A DNA stretch of 64,000 nt from Candidatus Thorarchaeota archaeon (GCA_963726195.1 CAVSBO010000018.1:1-64000); one strand, 5' to 3'; positions 48,612 through 58,516 are shown, numbered from the stretch's first letter. Notes: generated from the letters alone by a model not told the origin. Numbers and translations: made by a program.

Positions 48612-49043
48612 ATGGCAAAGGTAAAAAAGACCACCCGCCTCTTGTCGGGGGACCTTGTCCGCCTACGACCAAATGGGAGTGACACAGCTGTGAGAAAACG
48701 CAAGGGTGCAATAAGGGTCTGGCCAGCATACCTCGACTCGAATCTGTCTAGAGGACAGGGTCGTAGGATTTCCATCAACCTAGCTGCACCGGATGTCACA
48801 ATTGATGTATTGGCGGAAGCTGCAGCAGCTGCAGGCCTTGAGTCTGAACTTGAAAACGACAAGCAGTACCCTCGGAACTGGTCGGGAATTGGTGGTTGTG
48901 TTGTCTTAAGTAACCCTGAAGGACACAAGAAGAAGCGGGTTCTTCTGATGCTCGCAAAGGGCGTCCGCAGAATCGTGGCCCAGCGGGAATCTGAAAGACA
49001 GGCTGCCGAAGCAAAGAAGGCAGGAAAGAAGCGGCGGAAGTAG
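48612..49043 (+). CDS. srp19: Signal recognition particle protein SRP19
   Basis: VWPAYLDS.LSR.QGRRI, DKQYPR.W...GCV. Confidence 0.92.
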   Translation: MAKVKKTTRLLSGDLVRLRPNGSDTAVRKRKGAIRVWPAYLDSNLSRGQGRRISINLAAPDVTIDVLAEAAAAAGLESELENDKQYPRNWSGIGGCVVLSNPEGHKKKRVLLMLAKGVRRIVAQRESERQAAEAKKAGKKRRK

Positions 49044-49070
49044 GCGCTAGTTACTGGAGCTGGTAATCAA

Positions 49071-49301
49071 TTGAGACGGCTTGGCAAGGTTCTGCATATT
49101 TCAAGACGTGGTGCCATTATTCTCCGGACAGAAAAGACTCCTCCAATAGGGGCTGAAGTGGTCAACAAGAGCGTTGAAGTAATCGGCACCATAGCAGACA
49201 TCTTTGGCCCAGTGAAGGAGCCTTACGTTGCGATTCGCGCTAAACAGGGTGTGGACACCACCAAGCTTGTCGGGCAACCTGTATACCTCTATAAGACGTA
49301 A
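49071..49301 (+). CDS. gar1: H/ACA RNP protein Gar1
   Basis: RLGKVLHI, IGTIADIFGPVKEPYVAI. Confidence 0.92.
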   Translation: MRRLGKVLHISRRGAIILRTEKTPPIGAEVVNKSVEVIGTIADIFGPVKEPYVAIRAKQGVDTTKLVGQPVYLYKT

Positions 49302-49433
49302 TGTACACATTAGTACATCGATGTCATTTGCCTTACATCATTCATGGGCAAATGAGTGCAACATCCGAACACTTAATTTGGCATGGTGCAGTTACTTTGA
49401 TGTTATCTTGTGCCAACCCCAAAGGTCGTTTCA

Positions 49434-49781
49434 ATGAGCAATGTATTTGACCTCGTCCGCAGTGCTCTCCAAGCAGCAGCTGGTTCGGGTGTCTTCCCTG
49501 AAGAATTGGCGCATAGGTTAGGCATCGAGTATCAAGTAGTAATAGAAGCCATTCAACACATGATATCTGAAGGAATAGCGATGGAAGAACAGCATGCAGA
49601 AAAGCCGCGATACTTCATCAAGGCAACAGAAGAAGAGGTCAGCCAACATCAATTGTCAGACCTAAATGGGTGCCCCTGTTTTCACTGCCTTAAGATAGAC
49701 AGATGCGGCGTCAGACAGCCAGATTCTCCAGTCATATGTAGGAGTTTAGAGGAGTGGGTCACGAGCTCCGAGTCCTCTTAG
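49434..49781 (+). CDS. TFE-beta / Rpc34-like protein (winged helix plus 4Fe-4S cluster)
   Basis: N-terminal wHTH (GV..EELA..LGI), C-terminal PCFHC.....C......SP..C..L..W. Confidence 0.75.
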   Translation: MSNVFDLVRSALQAAAGSGVFPEELAHRLGIEYQVVIEAIQHMISEGIAMEEQHAEKPRYFIKATEEEVSQHQLSDLNGCPCFHCLKIDRCGVRQPDSPVICRSLEEWVTSSESS

Positions 49782-49786
49782 GACAT

Positions 49787-50398
49787 CTATTTGTTACTTC
49801 CCGTTCGCACAGGGGCTTCAGCTAGAACATAAATCTCAGCGCTTGCTCTTCTCGACGCTTCAGGCTTTACGAGCCTGACGAAGCGGAATCTCGCGCGCAG
49901 AGACTCCATGATCTCTTGGAAACCTCTTCCTTGGAAGACCTTGGCTAAGACCTTGCCCTTTGTGGTCAGGAGATCCGAAGCGATTTCGAATGTCTTTTCG
50001 ACAAGGAATAGTTGTCGAGCCACATCCATGTCCCAAGCTCCACTGACTTTGGGCGAACAATCTGATAGCACTAGGTCCACTCTTCCTCCTGTCAGACTCC
50101 TGATTGTCTCGAACGTTTTTGGCTCTGTAATATCTCCATGCAGAAACGTAACCCCGTCTATGGGAATCATTGATTCGATGTCGACTGCTACGATTGCTAG
50201 ACTACTATCGATTTCACGCAAAACCTGTGTCCACCCACCGGGGCAGCAGCATAGTTCCAGAACGACATTGACTCCTCTCAAGAGCTTGTACTTCGCTATG
50301 ACCTGTTTGAGCTTGTACGCTGACCTGCTACGATATCCGTGCTTCTTAGCGGCCCTGTAGTACTGCTCTCTCTTCCGTTCTTCCTGAGTTCTAACCAT
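49787..50398 (-). CDS. rlmE: 23S rRNA 2'-O-methyltransferase RlmE/FtsJ
   Basis: GYRSRSAYKL, PGGWTQV, VLSD..P.VSG, KP.ASR..S.EIY. Confidence 0.93.
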   Translation of the reverse strand: MVRTQEERKREQYYRAAKKHGYRSRSAYKLKQVIAKYKLLRGVNVVLELCCCPGGWTQVLREIDSSLAIVAVDIESMIPIDGVTFLHGDITEPKTFETIRSLTGGRVDLVLSDCSPKVSGAWDMDVARQLFLVEKTFEIASDLLTTKGKVLAKVFQGRGFQEIMESLRARFRFVRLVKPEASRRASAEIYVLAEAPVRTGSNK

Positions 50399-50413
50399 TC
50401 GCCTTGCACACAC

Positions 50414-51607
50414 CTAGTGTCGTCGAATCATTTCCACCAGTTCTCTAATGGGGGCCGTTGTTCGTATTGCTGTGGGCCTGAAGTGCGTTCTACTCACTTC
50501 GTAACCCGAATCTTTCAGGGTACTCATGACATCGGCAATGGATGGCGACTCAAGACCGTGCAGATCACAAAGTGCGTGAAGGTCCGTATAGATGTAATCA
50601 GTCAGGCTGCATTCCTCTATCATGGTTTCGAGCAGCTTGGGAACGCGCGAATGATACATGCTCGGGCTCTGCCCTAGAGCACGCTTTGCAGTTTCGAGTA
50701 TTGATAAATCATAGAGCTCGCCTATCCAGAGCGGACCGGCGAAGGAAATCCGGCCAGTGCAATCCGCTTTCTGGTGCTCGACCCCCTCTTTGATTGGGAG
50801 AAGTCCCAAGGGCAGGAATCGAGTGGCCATGCAACCCTGACAGTAGATGACATAGCCAATCTTCTTGGTCTGAGAATTGGAGTCCGTGCAGCTGGTCTTG
50901 GTCTCAAGCCAGACTCGTATGTAATGATCTGTACTCAACGAGGCCAATGGTTTGATTCCTGAGTCGTTCATGGCCGCAATGTTGAACGCACGCCCGATGA
51001 GCAGCCTAATGGCCATTTCATGGGAGAAGGGTGCTCTAATTGATAGCCCTCCATATTTCCTCAAGGCGATTCTTGGTTGAGCCCCACACAGGACCGGCAT
51101 GTCAGTTGCGGTCAGACCCAGAAGGGCTCCCCGAGGGTCAAGTGATTGTATGGCCGCAGTCATGTAGGGCGCGGGAGTGCCAAAGGGATCCACGTCAATG
51201 AAATCGAATCTCTTCCCGCGAGATTCTGTCAACAGCAAGACCTTTGCATCTCCCTTCTTTACTGCGACTCTCTCTTGAAATCCGAGCCGCCCAACATTCT
51301 TCTCTATCATTTCAACAGCGTATGGGTTTGCATCTGAAATGACGGCATGGAAGTCTCCTGAGCACTCATTGAGGTACCTCAAGGTTCTGACACCACACCC
51401 TGCGAGGGGTTCACAGATTTCCTGTAGAGGATTCCTCTCCATGTATGCCGACAGAAAGAGAACCGAGAGATCTCTGTTGATGCGCATACGCGGATTGTAG
51501 AAGACGGGCAAGTCTGTTTTCAACTGGCGCTGATTACCTGCATAGTGCTCCAAGTCAGCACTCAGGAATGTTGTTCTTCCTTCCGTGTATTCTCTCTCAA
51601 TAATCAT
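50414..51607 (-). CDS. trm1: tRNA (guanine-26-N2)-dimethyltransferase
   Basis: VFYNPRM..NRDLS, GVRTLRY, IDVDPFGTP, TATD, GPLWIG.L, RTHF. Confidence 0.95.
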   Translation of the reverse strand: MIIEREYTEGRTTFLSADLEHYAGNQRQLKTDLPVFYNPRMRINRDLSVLFLSAYMERNPLQEICEPLAGCGVRTLRYLNECSGDFHAVISDANPYAVEMIEKNVGRLGFQERVAVKKGDAKVLLLTESRGKRFDFIDVDPFGTPAPYMTAAIQSLDPRGALLGLTATDMPVLCGAQPRIALRKYGGLSIRAPFSHEMAIRLLIGRAFNIAAMNDSGIKPLASLSTDHYIRVWLETKTSCTDSNSQTKKIGYVIYCQGCMATRFLPLGLLPIKEGVEHQKADCTGRISFAGPLWIGELYDLSILETAKRALGQSPSMYHSRVPKLLETMIEECSLTDYIYTDLHALCDLHGLESPSIADVMSTLKDSGYEVSRTHFRPTAIRTTAPIRELVEMIRRH

Positions 51608-51626
51608 GGGCAGGCAACCACAGCCT

Positions 51627-51729
51627 TTGGTCTGCTAATAAGCCGATAGGGTTGCCCGATACAGGGATACTCCGCCGTGGATGCGACCCCATGCCTATCC
51701 GGTTTGTTCGTCCCCTGTGTTCAGACCAA
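51627..51729 (+). ncRNA. Candidate pseudoknotted structured RNA
   Basis: TTGGTCTG/CAGACCAA, AATAAGCCG/CGGTTTGTT, ATAGG/CCTAT, GGTTGC/GCGACC and crossing GATACAGGG/CCCTGTGTT; G-U pairs favour the + strand. Confidence 0.35.
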
Positions 51730-51806
51730 TCGTTCTTGGCAGTATCCAGAACAGATATGTGTGCTTCAGAGGTTAAGGATTAGCCATTGCACGTGGAGAG
51801 AACCTC

Positions 51807-52698
51807 ATGAGATTCGGACTACAGCCACTTGATTTTCAGCCCATTGTTGGACAGATACTCGTGAACGGTGTACCGGACTTTTCGAGATTCACAATCGACA
51901 ATCTCGTCCGTCTGGCGCTTAAGATGGGTCACATGAGGGCGGTCGAGGTGACAATGGATATTGAACGTTTGGTACCGGGCTCACTCACTCCGGAGTCTGT
52001 CGCGAAGTTAGCAAATCTCAAGGAGGAACTTGGGAATGCGTTCACGGTTCATCTTCCTTTCTACTCGCTCGAACTGGCGAGTTTCAATGAGCACATACGG
52101 CAGGCTAGCGTCGAGACCGTAGTGAGAGCAATAGAGCTGGCTGCGCCCCTTGAGCCGGAGGCATACGTGCTGCATACTACCGGTTCATTGGCTGCAGAGT
52201 TCTCGCGGCTCACTCTCGCAGAAGACATGGTGACTCTGATCTGTCAGCTACATGAGCATATTCGCCGCACGCAGTTTGGAGGAGATTCTTACAAGAAGCG
52301 AAATCGACCCGAGGAAGATTGCAGTCGAGAATGTGGAATTTCCGTTCGAGATTACGCATGAGCTTGTTGAACAGTACAACACGAGCATATGCTTTGACAC
52401 GGGTCATCTGCTGACCCACTACTCAGGAACCGAGTCTGTCATAGAGTTCTACAGACAGCATCGAGACAGAATAGTGGAAATTCATCTTCACGATGGCAGT
52501 TATGAGAAACGGGATGATGTCGTGGTTCACAGAGACCATATTCCACTTGGGCGCGGCGTGATGCCAGTTAGGGATTTTCTAAGAGAGCTGCTCAAGAGTA
52601 AGTTCAACGGTCCGATTATCTTCGAGCTGAGCAATGACGAAATCAAGGAATCGTTGGACTACATGCGTAAAGTTGTCCCTGAGGTATTGGCTCGATAG
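51807..52698 (+). CDS. Xylose isomerase-like / AP-endonuclease-2 TIM-barrel protein (CbiR-like); apparent frameshift near 52245
   Basis: TVHLP, YVLH, AVEN, CFDTGH, IHLHD, DH..LG.G, IFEL metal-binding motifs split over two frames. Confidence 0.82.
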
Positions 52699-52713
52699 AA
52701 GCCCTGTGGTCAT

Positions 52714-52723
52714 AACGTTTAAA
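52714..52723 (+). promoter_or_regulatory. BRE/TATA promoter of tRNA-Ile
   Basis: AACGTTTAAA ~50 nt upstream of the tRNA. Confidence 0.55.
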
Positions 52724-52771
52724 TCACAGTCAAAGGTGTAGCCGTTTGAGAGCCTCAGTTCTCAAAAAGCT

Positions 52772-52880
52772 GGGCCCGTAGCATAGGCATTCAACATGAA
52801 TTCCATGTACCAACTAGAGTGGTTAATGCGACGCTCTGATAAGGCGTAGATCGCGCGTTCAAATCGCGTCGGGCCCACCA
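52772..52880 (+). tRNA. tRNA-Ile(GAT) with a ~31-nt D-loop intron (~52787-52817), CCA encoded
   Basis: GGGCCCG/CGGGCCC, GCAT/ATGC, ACGCT/GGCGT with loop CT-GAT-AA, GCGCG/CGCGT with TTCAAAT; exact intron junctions unresolved. Confidence 0.9.
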
Positions 52881-52963
52881 TCCCTTCCTGTTCTGGAATG
52901 TACTGATAAGATGGTGTCCGCGAGGAGCTGTCTGAATTACCTTCACTTCAGTGTTCACTCGGA

Positions 52964-54850
52964 TTACAGTTTCAGAGTGAAAATATACTCGTCGTCCTGA
53001 ATGCTGAGCTTGCTTTCGACGACCTTACCCGTTCTGTGAATGAAGGAAATCATCTTTCTGTTCGAGGGGTGCACATAAGCAATGAACGCATCAACGCCTT
53101 TGCTCTTTGCAATGCGCATTAGATGATTCAGCATGAACGTGCCTATCCCTCTGTTCTGATACTCATCCTGAATGAGCAGTGCGAACTCTGCTTGGTTTGT
53201 ACTCCTATTCAGCACGTAACGGCCAGCGCCAATTATCTTCTCCGTTTCTTCATCTTCTGCGCCCCTGACCACCGCTACAATCGATATGTCTCTGTCTTGA
53301 TCAACAGCATAGAACTCCTGCAATGTCTGGCGGCGTAGACTCTTGAGTGGTGTCAAGAAGCGGAAATAAATCGACTCCTCGCTGAGGTCGTAGAAGAGCT
53401 CCTTGACTCGGTCAGCATCATCAGGGCGAATCAATCTGAAGTACACGGTGATTGGTCCTTCAGGGCCCTTGAATGATTCTTGGACCTCGTATTCGGTCGC
53501 GAAGTATGTTCCTTTAGCAAGGAATGGCACCTGATCCTCGAACACATAGCGCATCTTCTTCGCAGCTTCGAGGAGCTCGTTTCTGAAGTCGGGGTGGGCA
53601 ATTGCAATCAGTGAGAGTACTCTTTCTCGTATCGTCTTGCCGTGCAAGGCAGCCAAGCCATACTCCGTGATTACTATGTCCACGTCACCTCGGGTTGTGA
53701 CCACTCCTGCGCCTTCGCTTAGCCTTGGTACTATCCGGGAAACCTTTCCTTCCATGGCTGTCGACTGCATGCATATGATAGCCTTACCGTCCTCTGACCT
53801 CGATGCGCCACGGATGAAGTCGACTTGCCCGCCAATCCCGCTGTAGAACCTGTGACCTATCGAATCTGCACAGACTTGACCTGTCAAATCAATTTCCAGT
53901 GCCGAATTGATGGCGACCATCTTACGATTCTGACCAATCACGTAGGGGTCGTTCACGTACTCGCTCGGATGGAACTCGAAGAAGGGATTGTTATTGACAT
54001 AGTTGTACAGCTTCTCGGAGCCCATTGCGAAACTTGCTACAACCTTGCCTCTGTGCAAGGTCTTCTTCTTGCAGGTAATTACCCCGTTGTCTATGAGTGG
54101 GAGCAGGCTATCGCTGAACATCTCAGTGTGTACGCCCAGATCTTTGATGCCTGTCTCGAGTAGGTTGTTACAGACAGCCTGCGGTAAAGCACCAATGCCA
54201 AGTTCGAGCGTAGATTCGTTCTCTATCAACCTGGCTACATAAGAGCCTATGAGATCGATTGTCTTGTCGACTTCAGCGGACTCGAACTCACGAAGTGGTT
54301 CGTCATATGGAACGAGATACTCAATATCCTTCACATTGATGAAAGAGTCTCCAAGAGTAACTGGCATCCTCTCATTGACCTGTGCAATTACAAGGTCTGC
54401 GTTCTCCGCGGCAGACTTGGTTATGTCAACTGAAATACCCAAGGAACTGTAGCCGTGCTCATCTGGAGGACTCACCTGTATGAGAGCTACGTCCAGCGGC
54501 ATTATCTTCAATCTGAACAGCCGGGGTATGTCTGAGAGCATTATGGGCGTGTAGTCTGCTCGACCATCAGAGACAGCATCCCTCATGTTATCGGAGATGA
54601 AAAACGAGTTGTGCCTGAACTGTGCCTGGAACTGCGGGTCTGCAGAAGGGGTGTCTCCTAGGGTTAGCAGATGTACAATCTCATTGTCGGCCATCCGGCT
54701 TGCGCTATTAGCAAGTTCCTGTACGAGATGATACGGGACGCCACAACCGGTCCCGAGAAAGATGCGGCTTCCTCTCTTTATCTTCCTGATTGCATCAGGC
54801 GCATTCAAGACCTGTTTCTTGTATCTTTCAGTCCATCCTGTGGTAACCAT
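52964..54850 (-). CDS. Acetyl-CoA hydrolase/transferase fused to a C-terminal GNAT domain
   Basis: VSPPD.HG..SLG.SVD, LGIG.LP, LGVHTEM, SGIGGQVDF.RGA; SEESIYFRF, AEFA..I.D.YQ.RGIG. Confidence 0.92.
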   Translation of the reverse strand: MVTTGWTERYKKQVLNAPDAIRKIKRGSRIFLGTGCGVPYHLVQELANSASRMADNEIVHLLTLGDTPSADPQFQAQFRHNSFFISDNMRDAVSDGRADYTPIMLSDIPRLFRLKIMPLDVALIQVSPPDEHGYSSLGISVDITKSAAENADLVIAQVNERMPVTLGDSFINVKDIEYLVPYDEPLREFESAEVDKTIDLIGSYVARLIENESTLELGIGALPQAVCNNLLETGIKDLGVHTEMFSDSLLPLIDNGVITCKKKTLHRGKVVASFAMGSEKLYNYVNNNPFFEFHPSEYVNDPYVIGQNRKMVAINSALEIDLTGQVCADSIGHRFYSGIGGQVDFIRGASRSEDGKAIICMQSTAMEGKVSRIVPRLSEGAGVVTTRGDVDIVITEYGLAALHGKTIRERVLSLIAIAHPDFRNELLEAAKKMRYVFEDQVPFLAKGTYFATEYEVQESFKGPEGPITVYFRLIRPDDADRVKELFYDLSEESIYFRFLTPLKSLRRQTLQEFYAVDQDRDISIVAVVRGAEDEETEKIIGAGRYVLNRSTNQAEFALLIQDEYQNRGIGTFMLNHLMRIAKSKGVDAFIAYVHPSNRKMISFIHRTGKVVESKLSIQDDEYIFTLKL

Positions 54851-55015
54851 GGTCTTGCCCCTCAGGCCTCCTGAGCTAGCGGTCGTGCACGACATATAGA
54901 GCTTTCCAAGTGGAACGAGTCAAAGTCACTGAGTCGGGAGATACATTGTTGGCGGAAGCCTTTTAGTCACGGATACTGCCGGCCCCTTAGTGCTCGACAC
55001 ACAATTGGTGAGTGC

Positions 55016-56305
55016 TTGATGTCAGAAACAAAAGTAGGCAATCGCTATGTCGTCGTACTTGGCGGTCTGCTGGTTCAAGTCTGCCTCGGCAGCATCTATG
55101 CTTGGTCGTTCTTCCAGACTGCACTGGGAAAGGTGTCTGGTGCGTACCACTGGCCAACGCTGTACACACAGTTGCCCTTCGCGACAGGTCTTGCTTCGTT
55201 CGCTTTCTTCATGGTCATTGCTGGGAGATGGCAGGATCGTGCGGGTCCTCGCAAGGTGGCTACTTTCGGAGGCATTCTACTGGGAGCCGGTTACATACTG
55301 GCATGGCTGGTTGATGTAGTCGCGGCCGGTGATGCCACGATGGGCGTCGTGTACCTCGTCATTACGTACGGAATCATAGGCGGAGCTGGCATCGGATTTG
55401 GGTACGTTTGCCCGATAGCATCTCTTGTGAAGTGGTTCCCTGACAAGAAAGGCACAATCACAGGAATCGCTGTTGCCGGATTCGGTGCAGGCGCGCTGAT
55501 AATCGGATATGCAGAAGACTATCTCCTCAACGTGTTCCAAGCCCCGGTCCATCTTACAATTGGAAATCCTTTCCTGATATTGGGTATTGTATATCTCATC
55601 GGAGTCACTATCGGTGCTCAGGTTCTCAAGAACCCACCACCGGGATGGGTTTGTCCGGGCTATACTCCTCCAACAACCACTGCTGATGGTAAGGGCCTGA
55701 ACATCATGCCTGGGCAAATGGTCAGAACTGGTGGTTTCTGGCTTCTCTGGCTGATGTTCGTTCTTGCAGCGACAGCAGGACTGATGGTCATCGGAAACAT
55801 CAAGAGCGCCGCTATCGCGATTGACGCCTCTGCCGCCGCTTGGGCGACTCTGATTGTCGGAGTTTATTCACTCTGCAATGCAGCAGGGAGAATCGTCTGG
55901 GGCGCAGCTTCAGACCGCCTTGGGCGCGAGAACACAATGTATGCGATGTTCTCGGTACTTGCATCAGCAATGTTCGTCTTTTCAATCATTTCAAGTCCGT
56001 TGATTGAGGTGACTTGGCCCATAGTGTTGGCTGTTGGCTCTGTGGTTGGATTCTGCTTCGGCGGCAATTTCGCATTGTTTCCGGCATCGACTGCCGACCT
56101 CTACGGTTCAAAGAACGTGGGCAAGAACTACGGTGTGGTGTTCACAGCCTATGGAATTGCTGGAATTCTAGGTGGACTCGTAGCTGGCTTGTTTGTTCAG
56201 TGGACCGGTGGCTACAGGACGGCATTCCTCATAACAGGACTTCTAGCTGTTATGGCATCGCTCCTGACTTTCAAATTGAAGTCGGTAAGGAAGAGAAGAC
56301 AGTAG
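55016..56305 (+). CDS. MFS transporter, oxalate/formate antiporter (OFA) family
   Basis: GSIYAWS.F, GRWQDR.GPR, KWFPDKKG..TG.AVAGFG.G, GRI.WG..SDRLGR, GGNFALFP, G.NYG. Confidence 0.92.
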   Translation: MMSETKVGNRYVVVLGGLLVQVCLGSIYAWSFFQTALGKVSGAYHWPTLYTQLPFATGLASFAFFMVIAGRWQDRAGPRKVATFGGILLGAGYILAWLVDVVAAGDATMGVVYLVITYGIIGGAGIGFGYVCPIASLVKWFPDKKGTITGIAVAGFGAGALIIGYAEDYLLNVFQAPVHLTIGNPFLILGIVYLIGVTIGAQVLKNPPPGWVCPGYTPPTTTADGKGLNIMPGQMVRTGGFWLLWLMFVLAATAGLMVIGNIKSAAIAIDASAAAWATLIVGVYSLCNAAGRIVWGAASDRLGRENTMYAMFSVLASAMFVFSIISSPLIEVTWPIVLAVGSVVGFCFGGNFALFPASTADLYGSKNVGKNYGVVFTAYGIAGILGGLVAGLFVQWTGGYRTAFLITGLLAVMASLLTFKLKSVRKRRQ

Positions 56306-56318
56306 TATATCGTAGCTT

Positions 56319-56360
56319 GAGGTCAGAGGGAATCAGTGCCTTCTGGCCTCTTCCTCTTTT
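56319..56360 (+). terminator. Hairpin plus T-rich tract after the MFS gene
   Basis: GAGGTCAGAGGG/CCTTCTGGCCTC followed by TTCCTCTTTT. Confidence 0.55.
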
Positions 56361-56455
56361 CGATTTCATTAATTCTTATAGGACGCCAAAGGTACTCAGG
56401 CGAGTGCTAGACAAGCTTTATAATCAGTCAAAAGGGGTCGGCCGTCAAACTATCG

Positions 56456-58464
56456 ATGGTACCGGTGACCACCTTGTCTGTTGAAAAGAAAATCACAGTT
56501 TACAGCCATGAGGCCAGGCAGTTCCCACCTCCTAAGGGCTTTCCAGAGAAGGCGTACATCAAGTCCGCCGAGGAACGAAAGAAGCTCTGGGAGGAATCAA
56601 TCAAGAACCCTGACAAGTTCTGGCTTGATATCGCAAAGAAGCTTTGTTACTGGAAGAAAGTCCCGACCAAGGGATTCGACTGGAAAGATCCCAAAGGCGC
56701 TCGTTTCACTTGGTTTGAGGACGGCATCACTAACATGGCCTACAACTGCCTCGACAAGCATATCGAGGCTGGCAAGGGCAAGCAAGTTGCTCTGATCTGG
56801 CAGGGCGAGCCGGAGAAGGACTCATTGACCTTCACATACGAACAGCTACGGGATGAGGTCAACAAGCTTGCTAATGTCCTCAAATCCTTCGGTGTCAAGA
56901 AGGGCGACAGGGTCTCAATCTATCTGCCCATGATTCCTGAGCTTGCCATTTCCATGCTGGCTTGCACTCGAATTGGCGCTGTTCACAGCGTGGTATTCGG
57001 CGGTTTCAGCTCAGATGCACTGAGAGAGCGGATTGATGACTGCAAGTCCAAGCTCCTCATCACTTCTGACGGCAGCTACCGGAGCGGAAAGGTAGTGCCA
57101 CTCAAGGACAATGCTGACATCTCTCTTAAGGACACACCATCCATAGAGAAGGTCATAGTCGTCAAGAGGACTGGCTCAGAGATCAAGATGACCAAGGGCC
57201 GTGATGAGTGGTATCACGAATTGATGAAGAAAGCCTCTCCAAAGTGCGAAACCGAGTGGGTAAATGCCGAGGACCCGCTCTACATTCTCTATACATCAGG
57301 TTCGACCGGCAAGCCAAAGGGCGTGCTCCACACGCTAGGCGGTTACATGGTCTATTGTGCCAAGAGCTTTTGGACATATTTGATTGGCATCAAGGTGATA
57401 TTTACTGGTGCACCGCCGACATCGGCTGGGTCACAGGACATAGCTATATCGTGTACGGTCCACTTTGCGCAGGCGCAACTACTCTCATGTTCGAAGGAAT
57501 TCCGACCTATCCTGACAACGATCGTTTCTGGCAGGTTTGCGAGAAGTTCAAGGTGAACGAGTTCTACACTGCACCAACTGCCCTCCGTTCCCTGATGAAG
57601 TTCGGCGACGACCCGGTCAAGAAGCACAAGCTCACGAGCATAAGGCTCTTGGGCACAGTGGGAGAACCGATTAATCCTGAGGCCTGGATCTGGTATCACA
57701 AAGTCGTGGGTGGCGAGAGATGCCCTATAGTTGACACGTACTGGCAGACCGAGACAGGCGGAGTAGTGATTACTCCTCTTCCGGGAGCGACAATACTGAA
57801 GCCCGGTAGCGCGACTCTGCCCTACTTTGGAGTCGATCCCATAATCGTTGCAGAGGATGGCAAGCCAACAGGTGTCAACGAAGGCGGATACCTCTGTATC
57901 AAGAAGCCGTGGCCCGGTCTCATGAGGACTGTATACGGCAACCATGAACGGTTCATCAACACCTACTGGGTCCAGTACAAGGATCCCAAGACAGGACTGC
58001 CCATGTACATGACGGGCGATGGCTCGCGACAGGACGAGGATGGCTACTTCTGGGTAATGGGTCGAGTTGACGACGTTCTGAAGGTATCCGGTCACAGGCT
58101 CGGAACTGCCGAGATAGAGTCCGCATTTGTGAGTCATCCTGCAGTGGCAGAGTCTGCAGTTGTCGGATTCCCACATGATATCAAGGGCGAAGCAATCTAT
58201 GCTTTCGTTACGCTCAAGTCCGGTGTCGCAAAGAGTGACAAGCTGAAGGAGGAACTCCGACAGCACATCCGCAAGGAGATAGGTCCCATTGCCACTCCCG
58301 ACAAGATTCAATTCGCCGACGCTCTGCCCAAGACTCGTTCAGGCAAGATCATGAGGCGGATTCTGAAGAAGATTGCTGCGGGAGAAATCAAGGATATAGG
58401 TGACACATCGACTCTTGCAGACCCTTCTGTCGTGGACACGCTCGTTAAGGACCGAGTTCCATAG
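56456..58464 (+). CDS. acs: AMP-forming acetyl-CoA synthetase; apparent 1-nt deletion near 57369
   Basis: [11 protein letters not shown]; [47 protein letters not shown] in the second frame. Confidence 0.95.
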
Positions 58465-58475
58465 GCTTAGTACGT

Positions 58476-58516
58476 GGAGAGAAGCCCGCGAGGACTCTCT
58501 CCTTTCTGTTTCTTTT
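58476..58516 (+). terminator. Hairpin plus T-tract after acs
   Basis: GGAGAGA/TCTCTCC stem followed by TTTCTGTTTCTTTT. Confidence 0.6.

Noticed and set aside
57352-58311. 319 aa antisense ORF, and similar shadow ORFs such as 12700-13404, 16406-17026 and 2555-3169
   Set aside because: Fully overlap well-supported genes on the opposite strand and carry no motifs.
15178-58464. Calling map2, nop5, pyrD, elp3, GH31 and acs pseudogenes or programmed frameshifts
   Set aside because: Both halves are conserved, there are no slippery sequences, indel direction varies, and all sit at AGCT; systematic sequencing error is more parsimonious.
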